From the NCBI GenBank assembly GCA_016707005.1, contig JADJIQ010000001.1, positions 395,846-459,845 of the forward strand: a stretch of DNA of 64,000 nucleotides. The letters run 5' to 3'. Below are positions 20,701 to 32,088 of the stretch, piece by piece. The first letter of the stretch is position 1, and each line of letters begins with the position of its first letter. A program made the translations under genes and the position numbers. This stretch comes from Ignavibacteria bacterium (GTDB taxonomy: Bacteria > Bacteroidota > Ignavibacteria > Kapaibacteriales > Kapaibacteriaceae). The notes beneath the pieces are model-generated. The model did no database searches and was not told the DNA's origin. It saw only the letters and a list, made by a program, of their open reading frames with translations.

Positions 20701-21297
20701 ATGATCTCTTCTACACTTCTCAGCCTCGCTGTCCTGCTTCTCTCTCCATTTGGAGTCCCCCACGACTATCCCTTTGAGATCGAAAAGGGGAGCAAACTCT
20801 ACATTGAGGGCACGAGCAATGTGAACTCCTTCGAGTGTATGTGTACGGATGAGTTCAATCCTCAGACTGCCAAGATCACCCTCAGCGATGATGAGCGTCA
20901 AGTATGGTTCACAGGCACAACGTTGAAATTGAAGACGTCACTACTTGACTGCGATAACAGCAAGATGAACCGGGACCTCTGCGAAGCTCTGAAGTCCGAA
21001 GATTACCCATACATCCGTATCGATCTGCACGATGCTCTGATAACGGAAGGTACTTTCGATGATCCCAATGGGGCAAAGATCACGTGTAATGCCTCGATCA
21101 CGATCACGAACATCGCACGCAAGGTGTCGCTGATCGTAAAGGGCCGAAGACTTAGCAGCGGCCGATATCGCTTCATTAGCACCAAGGAATTGCTCATGAC
21201 CGATTTTGGTGTTGAGCCCCCTACAGCACTTCTTGGATTGATCAAGGTCCGCAATTCGATACGCATCAATTTTGACCTGATCACAAAAGGGGGCTGA
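20701..21297 (+). CDS. YceI-like periplasmic protein (paralog 2)
   Basis: Shares motifs with the 18562 ORF (CEALKSEDYPYIRI, DFGVEPPTALLGLIKVRNSIRINF). Start placed at the internal Met (MISSTLLSLAVLLL). Confidence 0.55.
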   Translation: MISSTLLSLAVLLLSPFGVPHDYPFEIEKGSKLYIEGTSNVNSFECMCTDEFNPQTAKITLSDDERQVWFTGTTLKLKTSLLDCDNSKMNRDLCEALKSEDYPYIRIDLHDALITEGTFDDPNGAKITCNASITITNIARKVSLIVKGRRLSSGRYRFISTKELLMTDFGVEPPTALLGLIKVRNSIRINFDLITKGG

Positions 21298-21311
21298 CCC
21301 GTTCGTTAGCT

Positions 21312-22325
21312 CTAGCTGCGCTCTACCCAGCGCCCATCGGTCTTGATGATGTCCATCAGCGCATCCACTGCACCGGCAGCCGGGATGTTGCGCTGAACGA
21401 TGTCTTGGCCTCGATAGAGCGTGATCCGCTCGGGACCCGACCCTACGTAGCCATAGTCCGCATCGGCCATTTCGCCCGGACCGTTGACGATGCATCCCAT
21501 GATGCCGATCTTCACACCCTTGAGATGATCAGTGTGTGACCGAATGAGCGACGTGGTCTCCTGCAGGTCAAACAGTGTTCTTCCGCAGGACGGACAGCTG
21601 ATATACTCTGTCTTTGTCATGCGAGTCCGCGCTGCCTGCAAGACATTGTACGCGAGCCGAAGAGAGAGTGCTTCATCGCGGCGCTCAGCGATACCAACGG
21701 TTAGCATCACTCCGTCGCCGTATCCGTCCACGAGCAGTCCTCCCAGGTCGGTGGCTGCATAAAGCGCAGCAACATCCGGAGAGTGAGCATCCAATTGCCG
21801 TTCAAGGATGATCGGTGTTGTGATGCCGTTCAGAAGGATCGTATCACATGCCATGCGCATGCTGGTGTAGTATGATCGCGACTCACTTCGCAGCATCAAC
21901 ACGGCTGTGGTATCGGCTCCAATTTGCTCCAGGAGCTCATGCGTGATCTCGCGGATCTCACAGCGCACGATGTTCATCACGGAGTGACGATCCGTGGAGC
22001 TGAAATACTCGGCCGCTTCGATGAGCGGTACACAATAGAAGCGATCTGAATGTGTGAGCCAACTGCGATGATCAAGGATCTGCCGCGTACCTGATGGAGC
22101 CATGAAGGTCAATGGGGAGGTGCCCATGTAGAGCAACTCCGCGGCTTGATCTCTCATCGTCCATTTATCCGTTACGGGGTCATAGACGTGACCAACTGCA
22201 GCTAAGTCCTCCATGCTCACGTTCTCGGCTCCTGTAAGGTCTGCTATGACCCTCGGAACGTTGTCGAAGCCAATGCTAGCCACGGCACGGGAACTCCGCC
22301 TGTGGTACGAATACGGATCTCTCAC
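21312..22325 (-). CDS. ispG: IspG (HMBPP synthase), C-terminal part: A* insertion domain plus 4Fe-4S B domain
   Basis: [15 protein letters not shown]...[22 protein letters not shown] is the IspG Fe-S domain. Begins with GTG overlapping the upstream TGA (GTGA) in a different frame from the N-terminal part. Confidence 0.8.
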   Translation of the reverse strand: MRDPYSYHRRSSRAVASIGFDNVPRVIADLTGAENVSMEDLAAVGHVYDPVTDKWTMRDQAAELLYMGTSPLTFMAPSGTRQILDHRSWLTHSDRFYCVPLIEAAEYFSSTDRHSVMNIVRCEIREITHELLEQIGADTTAVLMLRSESRSYYTSMRMACDTILLNGITTPIILERQLDAHSPDVAALYAATDLGGLLVDGYGDGVMLTVGIAERRDEALSLRLAYNVLQAARTRMTKTEYISCPSCGRTLFDLQETTSLIRSHTDHLKGVKIGIMGCIVNGPGEMADADYGYVGSGPERITLYRGQDIVQRNIPAAGAVDALMDIIKTDGRWVERS

Positions 22326-23224
22326 GTATACCTCCGTGCAAGAGCCTGTGCCACGGGGATCTCGGCCTCCGGTTCCTCGGTGAGAGAGACGCGGATGGTG
22401 TCACCAAGTCCGTCCTCAAGCAGGGTGCCGATTCCTAATGCACTTTTCACACGACCGTCTTCGCCGTCTCCGGCCTCGGTCACACCGAGATGCAATGGAT
22501 ATGGTTTGAGACCTTCATGTTTGAGACGAGCCACAAGCAGTCGGTAGGCTTGGATCATGACGAGGGCATTGCTCGACTTCATCGACAGTACGATGTTGTC
22601 ATATCCTTCATCGTCTGCAACACGAAGAAACTCCAACGCAGATTCAACCATGCCGTGGGGGTTGTCTCCGTAACGACTCATAATGCGGTCCGATAACGAA
22701 CCATGATTGGTTCCGATACGCATCGCCGTCCCATATTCCTTGCAGATACGGATAAGGGGCAGGAAACGGTCGCGAATACGTTCCATTTCGGCAGCGTATT
22801 CGGCGTCAGTGTATTCGATCACATTGAACTGCTTCTTGTCAACATAGTTCCCCGGATTGATCCGAACTTTCTCTACTACCCGGGCGGCTATCTCCGCAGC
22901 ATTTGGCGTGTAATGGATGTCGGCTACAAGCGGTGTGGTGTATCCGCGAGCGCGAAGCTCCTTGCGGATCTCTTCGAGATTCTTGGCCTCACGCATGCTT
23001 GGTGCTGTGATGCGAACGAGTTCGCACCCTGCATCGATCATCCGTATGGACTGTGCAACAGTGGCCTCGGTATCCATTGTGTTCGTGGTGGTCATGGACT
23101 GCACACGAATAGGGAAGGACGAGCCCAACCCCAGGTCACCAATGGCAACGTCGATCGTCTGTCGGCGTTGGTACGTCGTCAGGGATTCGCAATACGACGG
23201 GAGAGCAACGTCAGAAAGCTGCAT
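22322..23224 (-). CDS. ispG: IspG (HMBPP synthase), N-terminal TIM-barrel part
   Basis: [23 protein letters not shown] and NPGN are IspG A-domain motifs. The two parts together (637 aa) equal the long-form IspG of the Bacteroidota/Chlamydiae type. Confidence 0.8.
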   Translation of the reverse strand: MQLSDVALPSYCESLTTYQRRQTIDVAIGDLGLGSSFPIRVQSMTTTNTMDTEATVAQSIRMIDAGCELVRITAPSMREAKNLEEIRKELRARGYTTPLVADIHYTPNAAEIAARVVEKVRINPGNYVDKKQFNVIEYTDAEYAAEMERIRDRFLPLIRICKEYGTAMRIGTNHGSLSDRIMSRYGDNPHGMVESALEFLRVADDEGYDNIVLSMKSSNALVMIQAYRLLVARLKHEGLKPYPLHLGVTEAGDGEDGRVKSALGIGTLLEDGLGDTIRVSLTEEPEAEIPVAQALARRYT

Positions 23225-23226
23225 GA

Positions 23227-24156
23227 TCAGAGTTGTCGGCTTACTTCAAAGAGAACACGTTTCTCTGCCTCCGTCAAGCTATGATAACCGGCCTGTGAGA
23301 TCTTGTCGAGTATCTCATCGATCATCTCTTGCGTGATAGGAGCCCCGTCTACAACAAATCGTGTTGGGGTACTGGTTCTTGGAGGGGGCGGAGCAGTAGG
23401 CGTCATCACCTCGCGACGTTCATACCGAGACGGAAGGTCTCGGAAATCGGCCTCGATGATATTGTCTTCATCGCGAAGCCGTGATGGGATGGGGCCGCCC
23501 TTACGATCGATCATACGGAACAACGGCTCGCCGAACTTGAGCAACAAGTAGCCGCCAAGTGCACCGCCAAGGTGGGCGAAGTGCGCAACACCGTCACTTG
23601 TATTGAAGAGTCCGGAGAGAAGGTCGATACCTGCATAGATCATCACAAAGATGCGTGCAGGGATCGGGAAGAAGATCGGGAACATCATCACCGGACGTGT
23701 TGGGAACGTAAGGCCGAATGCCAACAACACTCCCATGATCGATCCCGATGCTCCTACGGTTGGTCCAAGTGTCTCTTTCAGCAGGGGGCTGATGGCGATA
23801 TGGACAGCGCCAGCTGCGATGCCGGAGAGAAGGTAGTAGGTGGCGAACTTCTTCGTACCCCAGAGGTTCTCCAGCTCCATGCCGAACATCCAGAGAGCGA
23901 GCATGTTGAAGAAGAGGTGACCGAACGATCCGTGCATGAACTGGTAGGTGAGCAACTGCCATGGCATGAATCCGGATTCTACGGGCCAGAGGGCAAAGAG
24001 CGTCATCACGGTCTCTTCTACCGGACGTCCGGAATACGTGAGCCCCATCAGGAAGACGGACTGAACGAGGAAGATCGCTACGTTGGCAGCGAGGAGGAAC
24101 TTGATGAACGGCGGGAAGACGGCGTAACCGCGACCCTGACCAAGGTTTGGTGACAT
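23227..24156 (-). CDS. rhomboid family intramembrane serine protease with C-terminal soluble extension
   Basis: Six TM helices, catalytic GASGSIMG serine motif and [10 protein letters not shown] His motif. About 100-aa C-terminal cytoplasmic tail. Confidence 0.8.
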   Translation of the reverse strand: MSPNLGQGRGYAVFPPFIKFLLAANVAIFLVQSVFLMGLTYSGRPVEETVMTLFALWPVESGFMPWQLLTYQFMHGSFGHLFFNMLALWMFGMELENLWGTKKFATYYLLSGIAAGAVHIAISPLLKETLGPTVGASGSIMGVLLAFGLTFPTRPVMMFPIFFPIPARIFVMIYAGIDLLSGLFNTSDGVAHFAHLGGALGGYLLLKFGEPLFRMIDRKGGPIPSRLRDEDNIIEADFRDLPSRYERREVMTPTAPPPPRTSTPTRFVVDGAPITQEMIDEILDKISQAGYHSLTEAEKRVLFEVSRQL

Positions 24157-24159
24157 GTG

Positions 24160-26357
<2,198 letters not shown>

Positions 26358-26424
26358 TCAATGGAATGTGAGAAGGAATCGTGGGCGCAAAAATACCATG
26401 AATGCGCCGAATGGCTGTGATCCC

Positions 26425-26994
26425 CTAGGACTTCTTCACCTTGGACGGGTTCTTCTCAACAAAGTCCTTCCATGCCTGACGTTTGGAGGTGGCTCCTCCG
26501 CGTTTAAGGGCAGGGGGCGGGCCACCATTTACAGCGTGGCAGATGGCTACGGCAAGCGCATCCGTTGCATCGAAGAACTCATGTGTCTCCTCGATCGAGA
26601 GGATGGCCTTCACCATATGCTGAACTTGGTCCTTTGGAGCGGCTCCTCGACCCGTAACGCTACGCTTTACCTGCATCGGCGTGTATTCGATCGGATCGTG
26701 TCCGGCTTGGGCGCAGGCAAGCATTGCAACGCCACGGGCGTGGGCAAGCTGGACGATGGAGAGCACGTTCTTCGCGTAGAAGACCTTCTCCATTGAGCAT
26801 ACATCAGGTGAGGTGCGTTCGATCACGGCGGCAAGCCGGTCATGGATCTCGCGAAGTCGGGCAGGGAACGAGGAGGTTCTCCGTTTTACGGCAACAACGC
26901 CGTATTCAACCAGGGTCATCGTAGAGCCTTCTACGTCGATAACGCCGTAGCCACACACAACGGATCCCGGATCGATGCCGAGGATGCGCATCAC
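26425..26994 (-). CDS. ruvC: Holliday junction resolvase RuvC
   Basis: MRILGIDPGSVVCGYGVID N-terminus and conserved acidic residues. Length 189 aa. Confidence 0.9.
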   Translation of the reverse strand: MMRILGIDPGSVVCGYGVIDVEGSTMTLVEYGVVAVKRRTSSFPARLREIHDRLAAVIERTSPDVCSMEKVFYAKNVLSIVQLAHARGVAMLACAQAGHDPIEYTPMQVKRSVTGRGAAPKDQVQHMVKAILSIEETHEFFDATDALAVAICHAVNGGPPPALKRGGATSKRQAWKDFVEKNPSKVKKS

Positions 26995-27722
26995 TCGTCG
27001 TCTCTCAATTCGGCATTATGAAAGACGCTTTGTACATCGTCGTTGTCATCAAGTGCATCGAGAAATTTCAACAGCTTGTTCTCGATCTCCGGATCGTCGA
27101 TCTCTATCGTAGTGTTCGGCTCAAAGACGATGTGTTGTTCCCGAACACTGAGACTCGATGCAACAACGGTGTTGGCGCATGTGCCAAGCATATCAACGGC
27201 GCAAATGATCACTGCTCCGTCATCGATCATTACAACATCATCTGCTCCTGCCTCAAGTGAGATCTCAAGAAGCTCTTCCTCTGAGCGATCTGTCTCGATC
27301 CGGATCTCGCCCTTGCGCGTGAAATTCCAGTTCACGGAGTTGGTCTCGCCGAGTGCGCCGCCATATTTGGCGAAGGAGGCTCGAAGTTGTTGTGTTGTTC
27401 GGTTGCGGTGGTCTGTAGTGCAGACAACGATCACGGCCACGCCGCCAGGCCCATACCCTTCATAGGTAACGTCCTCGTAGGTAAGACCTTCTAGTTCACC
27501 CGTGCCCCGCAGGATTGCGCGCTTGATGTTATCCGCAGGCATCGAAATCGCCTTAGCGTTCTCGATCGCCATGCGAAGTCGGGAATTTCCGTCTGGGTCG
27601 CCCCCTCCAATACGTGCTGCTACAATGATCTCCTTCGAAGATCTCGTAAAGAGCTTGCCACGTTTTGCATCTACAACAGCCTTACGCCGCTTGATGTTTG
27701 CCCACTTGCTGTGTCCTGCCAT
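26991..27722 (-). CDS. YebC/PmpR family DNA-binding transcriptional regulator
   Basis: MAGHSKWANIKRRKAVVDAKRGKLFT is the invariant YebC N-terminus. Confidence 0.9.
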   Translation of the reverse strand: MAGHSKWANIKRRKAVVDAKRGKLFTRSSKEIIVAARIGGGDPDGNSRLRMAIENAKAISMPADNIKRAILRGTGELEGLTYEDVTYEGYGPGGVAVIVVCTTDHRNRTTQQLRASFAKYGGALGETNSVNWNFTRKGEIRIETDRSEEELLEISLEAGADDVVMIDDGAVIICAVDMLGTCANTVVASSLSVREQHIVFEPNTTIEIDDPEIENKLLKFLDALDDNDDVQSVFHNAELRDDE

Positions 27723-27765
27723 TGGGCAAAACTACAATGCAAGCGTGAACGACGTCGAAACGATA

Positions 27766-29223
27766 TCAACGACTGAACGTTGCCGTCTTGGTTGAAGATT
27801 CGTTCTTGATAACGAGCATGTAAACGCCCGAGGCCAATGAAGCTGTTGGGATCAACACCTCTGTAGCGGAGGAAGCAACTTCCACTGAGTACATCGTTCT
27901 ACCCTTGATGTCCACAACAGAAACGGTCCATTGTGATGGGGAGGCTTCATCCAGGCGTATCCGGAGTTCGTTTCGTGCAGGGTTCGGTCCGTAGCTGAAG
28001 CCAGCTGAAACGGCAAGATCGGACCCTTCAACAGAGGTAGGATTATGAACGGCCGGATTCTCAAGAACAACGATGCGACCGCGTTTTGCATCTCCACTTT
28101 CGTACAGAGCTGCGTAAACTCTACCGTCTTGAGCTACAGTTACATCCATGATACGCTCGGTCTCTCCCTCAAGTGAGAGGTCGATCAACTGGCCTTCATC
28201 AAGCGTCATTACATCGTCCGATGGACGCGTAGCATCAATATTGGTGACCAAACCGCCTTCATTGAGGTTGGCGACAACCAATCCTCTTCCACGTAACGTG
28301 CCGATCAGCAAGGAGTTCGTCCAGTCCGGTATTGCATTTGAGCCATAATAGGCCATTCCACTTGGAGCCTGATTCATAGTAGCAAGGGGGCACTTCATCC
28401 CCTGAGGGGCACTTGTGCAATAGCCTGCTATGTTCAACCAACCGTAATTTGAACCGGCTTCGAGGCGATTAACCTCGTCAAAAGAAAGTGGGCCCATTTC
28501 CGTAGAGTAGATCACTCCGGCGTTGACAGAAGAGGTAGGCGGGACCTGTACAAGGCCAAGTGGGTTGCGATGCCCTGAAGTATAGATGTATGAACCTGCA
28601 CTTTTGGGGAACGTTTCAGAGAAGTGGGGATTTGACGGAACGGCTTCTCCTTCAAAAGTCATACGTATGACCTTGCCATTCACGTTCTCCATCTTGTTAG
28701 GGTCGAGATTGTCGTAGGACCCAACACTCACGAGAAGCGTATTGTCAGCCAGCGTTTCCAAGGTAAGGCCCTGCGACAAAGGGACGCCTCCTGTTGCAAA
28801 GATTCGCCGTGGTTCAATAAGCTTTTCACCATCGAAACGGTACCGCTCAACAACCAACGTGTCTCCTACCCGTGTTGACGTGACAAAGACTATAGGGGTG
28901 CCTGTGGTGAAGGATGGGTGCAGGGCAATGCCATAAAGACCACCGCGCACATTGGGATCACTCGGGCTCACTGAGATGTCAACCGTAAGAACTGTTGTGG
29001 TAACCCCTGTAATAGGGTGGACACGAAGCACGTTCCCACTCACCCGGTCTGTAAGCCAAAGGTAGCCATCGTTCCCTTGAGTCATGCTGGCAGGATACCC
29101 AACGTTGTCAGCCAACAATCGCAAATTCAATTCAGTACCCTTGGGCAGGGTGATTGTGCGCTGAGCATACGAAGAGACTGCTACGCAGATCAACGATATG
29201 AGAATAAGGATCGGACGAGCCAT
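27766..29223 (-). CDS. PQQ-dependent sugar (glucose/sorbosone) dehydrogenase-like beta-propeller with T9SS C-terminal sorting domain
   Basis: Signal peptide MARPILILISLICVAVSSYAQ, GSDH-like motif ...DEVNRLEAGSNYGW, and C-terminal CTD (NPARNELRIRL...ASGVYMLVIKNESSTKTATFSR). Confidence 0.55.
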   Translation of the reverse strand: MARPILILISLICVAVSSYAQRTITLPKGTELNLRLLADNVGYPASMTQGNDGYLWLTDRVSGNVLRVHPITGVTTTVLTVDISVSPSDPNVRGGLYGIALHPSFTTGTPIVFVTSTRVGDTLVVERYRFDGEKLIEPRRIFATGGVPLSQGLTLETLADNTLLVSVGSYDNLDPNKMENVNGKVIRMTFEGEAVPSNPHFSETFPKSAGSYIYTSGHRNPLGLVQVPPTSSVNAGVIYSTEMGPLSFDEVNRLEAGSNYGWLNIAGYCTSAPQGMKCPLATMNQAPSGMAYYGSNAIPDWTNSLLIGTLRGRGLVVANLNEGGLVTNIDATRPSDDVMTLDEGQLIDLSLEGETERIMDVTVAQDGRVYAALYESGDAKRGRIVVLENPAVHNPTSVEGSDLAVSAGFSYGPNPARNELRIRLDEASPSQWTVSVVDIKGRTMYSVEVASSATEVLIPTASLASGVYMLVIKNESSTKTATFSR

Positions 29224-29289
29224 GGTCACTCCCAAAGGGATGGACGAATACATGAGTGACAATCTACAAACAAAAATCCCTCCGTACAA

Positions 29290-32088
29290 CTACGTATTAC
29301 GTTGTACGTAAATCCTGGGAAGTTGACGGATCGCTTGAGCATAGGCTGGGGAGAATTGGAGAACTGACGGTGACCCTATCAAAATGAACTGATGTCGGGC
29401 CCGGGTCATTGCCACATTGAGCTTCCTATCGATCACCACGCCATTCACCTCGGTAGGAGAGACAATACTCTCAAGCTCTGCTGGTTCCCGCACACAGGTC
29501 CCGTAGAGGATCACATCGCGTTCGCTGCCTTGGAAGCGCTCAACGGTGTCCACGGACACCACGCCGGTCAGTTCGGTAGGGAGCATCGCAAGGATGGCGT
29601 TGTTCTGGACGCGAAATGGGGTGATGATGCCAATGGATGTCTCGTGTCCAGACCTAACAGCGTGGCTGTGAATTGCAGTAGCAAGGTTCACAAGAACACG
29701 GGCTTCTGCCTGGGCCTGATCGTCCGAGGATTCTACGGAAAGGAAACCCGTCCTACTCGGCAGGATCTCCGACCAAGGAAGGGGCTCCTTGGAGCATTGC
29801 CAACCCGCAAGGGTATTGAGTTTCCCACCGTAGAACGTTCTTGAAACGAAGTCCATAACGTCCTGATGCATCCGCCCTTGTTTCGTGAGCATCGCCGTTG
29901 ACCTCTCATCGCCCCGCTTGGCAGCACAACGGATGAGGCGTTCAAATGCCGACATTCCAAGAGACGTCATACAGATCTCTTCAAAGGCGGGTCCACGGAC
30001 GACCAATGCATCCTGACGTTGGGTAACAACGGCAGGCAGTTGACATTGGTCACCGATGAGGATGGCCCGGCCAACTCGGCTTGTGATGCCGATCAACGGT
30101 GTCTCCAGGATCTGCGACGCTTCGTCGACCACGGCCGTTGTGAACGCACCGAATTCCCAGATCTCTGCACTGGAGTACAAGGACTGCACGGTAGAAACGA
30201 TGCACCGCGATTCAGCAATAGCGTCCGATAACTCTTGCGGAGAAAGACGTTGTCCGAGTACGGGAATGGAACGTTCACCCAAAGCCCCTTCACTACTTCC
30301 GTGACGGAGGTGGGCAATTCCATGGTGTGCCAGTACAGCTGATATCTCGTTGGCAGCGCGGTTGGTATAGGCCACGGCGAGCACTCGCTCGTTGGGACGG
30401 TTCACGAGATCGGCAACGATCGATCTCAGGACGGCGGATGTTTTGCCAGTTCCAGGCGGACCCTGGATCAGGAAGAGTTCGTCGCTGGCCAAGGCACGTT
30501 CAATAATGGATTTCTGTTCGGACGTGAGCCCTATTGCGTCGATCTCCTTGATCGGAGAATGATGCGGGTCGCGCCTGCCCAGCAGCACGGATCGCTTCGA
30601 TTCCGGTGTATCAATGAATGTTCGGATGGCTGCGTAGAAAGATCTCACCGATGTGTCGAGAACGTCCTGTTCTAGGATCCACCGTCGACCAATGAGGTCT
30701 TCTACCTCGGCGTATTTGTTCCGCAGAGATACTTCAAGTTCAAGCGGACCGATCGTACGAAGAACGGCCTTGAACAACGGTCCGTCACATGGTCGTGCCT
30801 CACCATTACTCTCAGGATGAAGGATCACGGGATCACCGATCCTTAAAGCACAGTCTGTAAGGGGCTCCTGCCTCCGCAAGACAAGGTGCATGCGGTCCAT
30901 GTTCGATCCTGACTCATCGAGTTCGAGATCCGTGATCACGGTTGAGGCGCGCCTCTTCTCTGTGATGTCCTGTCGCCACAAGTCGGCGGTGGATCGTGAA
31001 GAGCCCCCTCCAATTCTCACCATTTCGTGATCGGCCGAGGTAAATCCAAGCCAGGCACGCACAACCAAGGCCTCTGTTGCATCGAGGTAGGTGAGGGCCG
31101 CGGCCAGGTCGGCGCGGGCATGTTCGTCATATGAAGAACCGCCCGTGACCGAACCTGACTGCATGATGCGTCGAACAGGACCTATCTGTCGCTTCGTAAG
31201 GGCAAGATCATTGGCGATGATCACGTTCCGGGCTGCGATCAAGAGGGAAAGCCATTGGTCGACGTCGTTCACTGGGCGTATCGGGACGTGTTCCGCTTGT
31301 ACGTACCAGACCTCGGCCGACACCGTTCGACCTGGCTCCGTTGCCTGCACCAAGGCCGTATAACCAGCCACCTGTGCGGCATGATCAGGTCTGACGGAAA
31401 CTCCGGAAGCCGCCGAACCTGCCTTCATTTCGATTACTCGGGTTGTATCTCCGTTGCGTACACAGATGTCCGCTCTGCCCTGTAACCCGAACGTAGGGGA
31501 GATGTAATGGGGCTCCAACGCGATCATACCGTTTGAGAACGTGGTGTATTGGGCTCGCAGAGCCGACATAGCCCGCGTTAGAACGTCGTTGATCTTGCCC
31601 AGAGAGTTCTCTCGAGCCGCGGCGGCCAAGGAAAGTGGCCTTGTACGCTCGGCATCAGCCATGATGACCTCGTCAGAGAGGGTTGGCTGACGTGTGAGAA
31701 TATCAAAGGCAGTATTGACCAAGGTGCCTGTGAGCGCTAGGCTCATCGCTCCTGAACGCCGCATTCGCTTTACAAGGACCTGATCCTCTGCCACTCCGGA
31801 GGTGGTGACGAGTTGAGCCGCCTCTGTGATGTCTACCACAACGTCTGGGTCGAGTACGATCCAAGTTCTACCTGAGCCCCCTGATCGAGTCACTACTCCG
31901 ATCTCACGTCCGATCAAGATCTCCCGTGTGGATAACCATGTGGACAGACCAAGTGATCGAGGTGGTAGATGAACGGTGTGGATAACCCCAGAAGCATCTT
32001 CAATAACAACGTGTTGCTCAGATTCGCGAACCTCAGTGATGCGTCCGCGTACCGAGGAAAACACCTGTGGAAAGTCGAAGGCGCTCAC
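29290..32088 (-). CDS. PD-(D/E)xK nuclease - SF1 helicase fusion (DNA2/Upf1-like AAA_11/AAA_12)
   Basis: N-terminal RecB-family nuclease motifs (DICVRNGDTTRVIEMK, then QVAGY). C-terminal SF1 helicase motifs: Walker A LIQGPPGTGKTS, Walker B VVDEASQ, LIGDQCQLPAVV, and NVAMTRARHQFILIG. Confidence 0.7.
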   Translation of the reverse strand: MSAFDFPQVFSSVRGRITEVRESEQHVVIEDASGVIHTVHLPPRSLGLSTWLSTREILIGREIGVVTRSGGSGRTWIVLDPDVVVDITEAAQLVTTSGVAEDQVLVKRMRRSGAMSLALTGTLVNTAFDILTRQPTLSDEVIMADAERTRPLSLAAAARENSLGKINDVLTRAMSALRAQYTTFSNGMIALEPHYISPTFGLQGRADICVRNGDTTRVIEMKAGSAASGVSVRPDHAAQVAGYTALVQATEPGRTVSAEVWYVQAEHVPIRPVNDVDQWLSLLIAARNVIIANDLALTKRQIGPVRRIMQSGSVTGGSSYDEHARADLAAALTYLDATEALVVRAWLGFTSADHEMVRIGGGSSRSTADLWRQDITEKRRASTVITDLELDESGSNMDRMHLVLRRQEPLTDCALRIGDPVILHPESNGEARPCDGPLFKAVLRTIGPLELEVSLRNKYAEVEDLIGRRWILEQDVLDTSVRSFYAAIRTFIDTPESKRSVLLGRRDPHHSPIKEIDAIGLTSEQKSIIERALASDELFLIQGPPGTGKTSAVLRSIVADLVNRPNERVLAVAYTNRAANEISAVLAHHGIAHLRHGSSEGALGERSIPVLGQRLSPQELSDAIAESRCIVSTVQSLYSSAEIWEFGAFTTAVVDEASQILETPLIGITSRVGRAILIGDQCQLPAVVTQRQDALVVRGPAFEEICMTSLGMSAFERLIRCAAKRGDERSTAMLTKQGRMHQDVMDFVSRTFYGGKLNTLAGWQCSKEPLPWSEILPSRTGFLSVESSDDQAQAEARVLVNLATAIHSHAVRSGHETSIGIITPFRVQNNAILAMLPTELTGVVSVDTVERFQGSERDVILYGTCVREPAELESIVSPTEVNGVVIDRKLNVAMTRARHQFILIGSPSVLQFSPAYAQAIRQLPRIYVQRNT

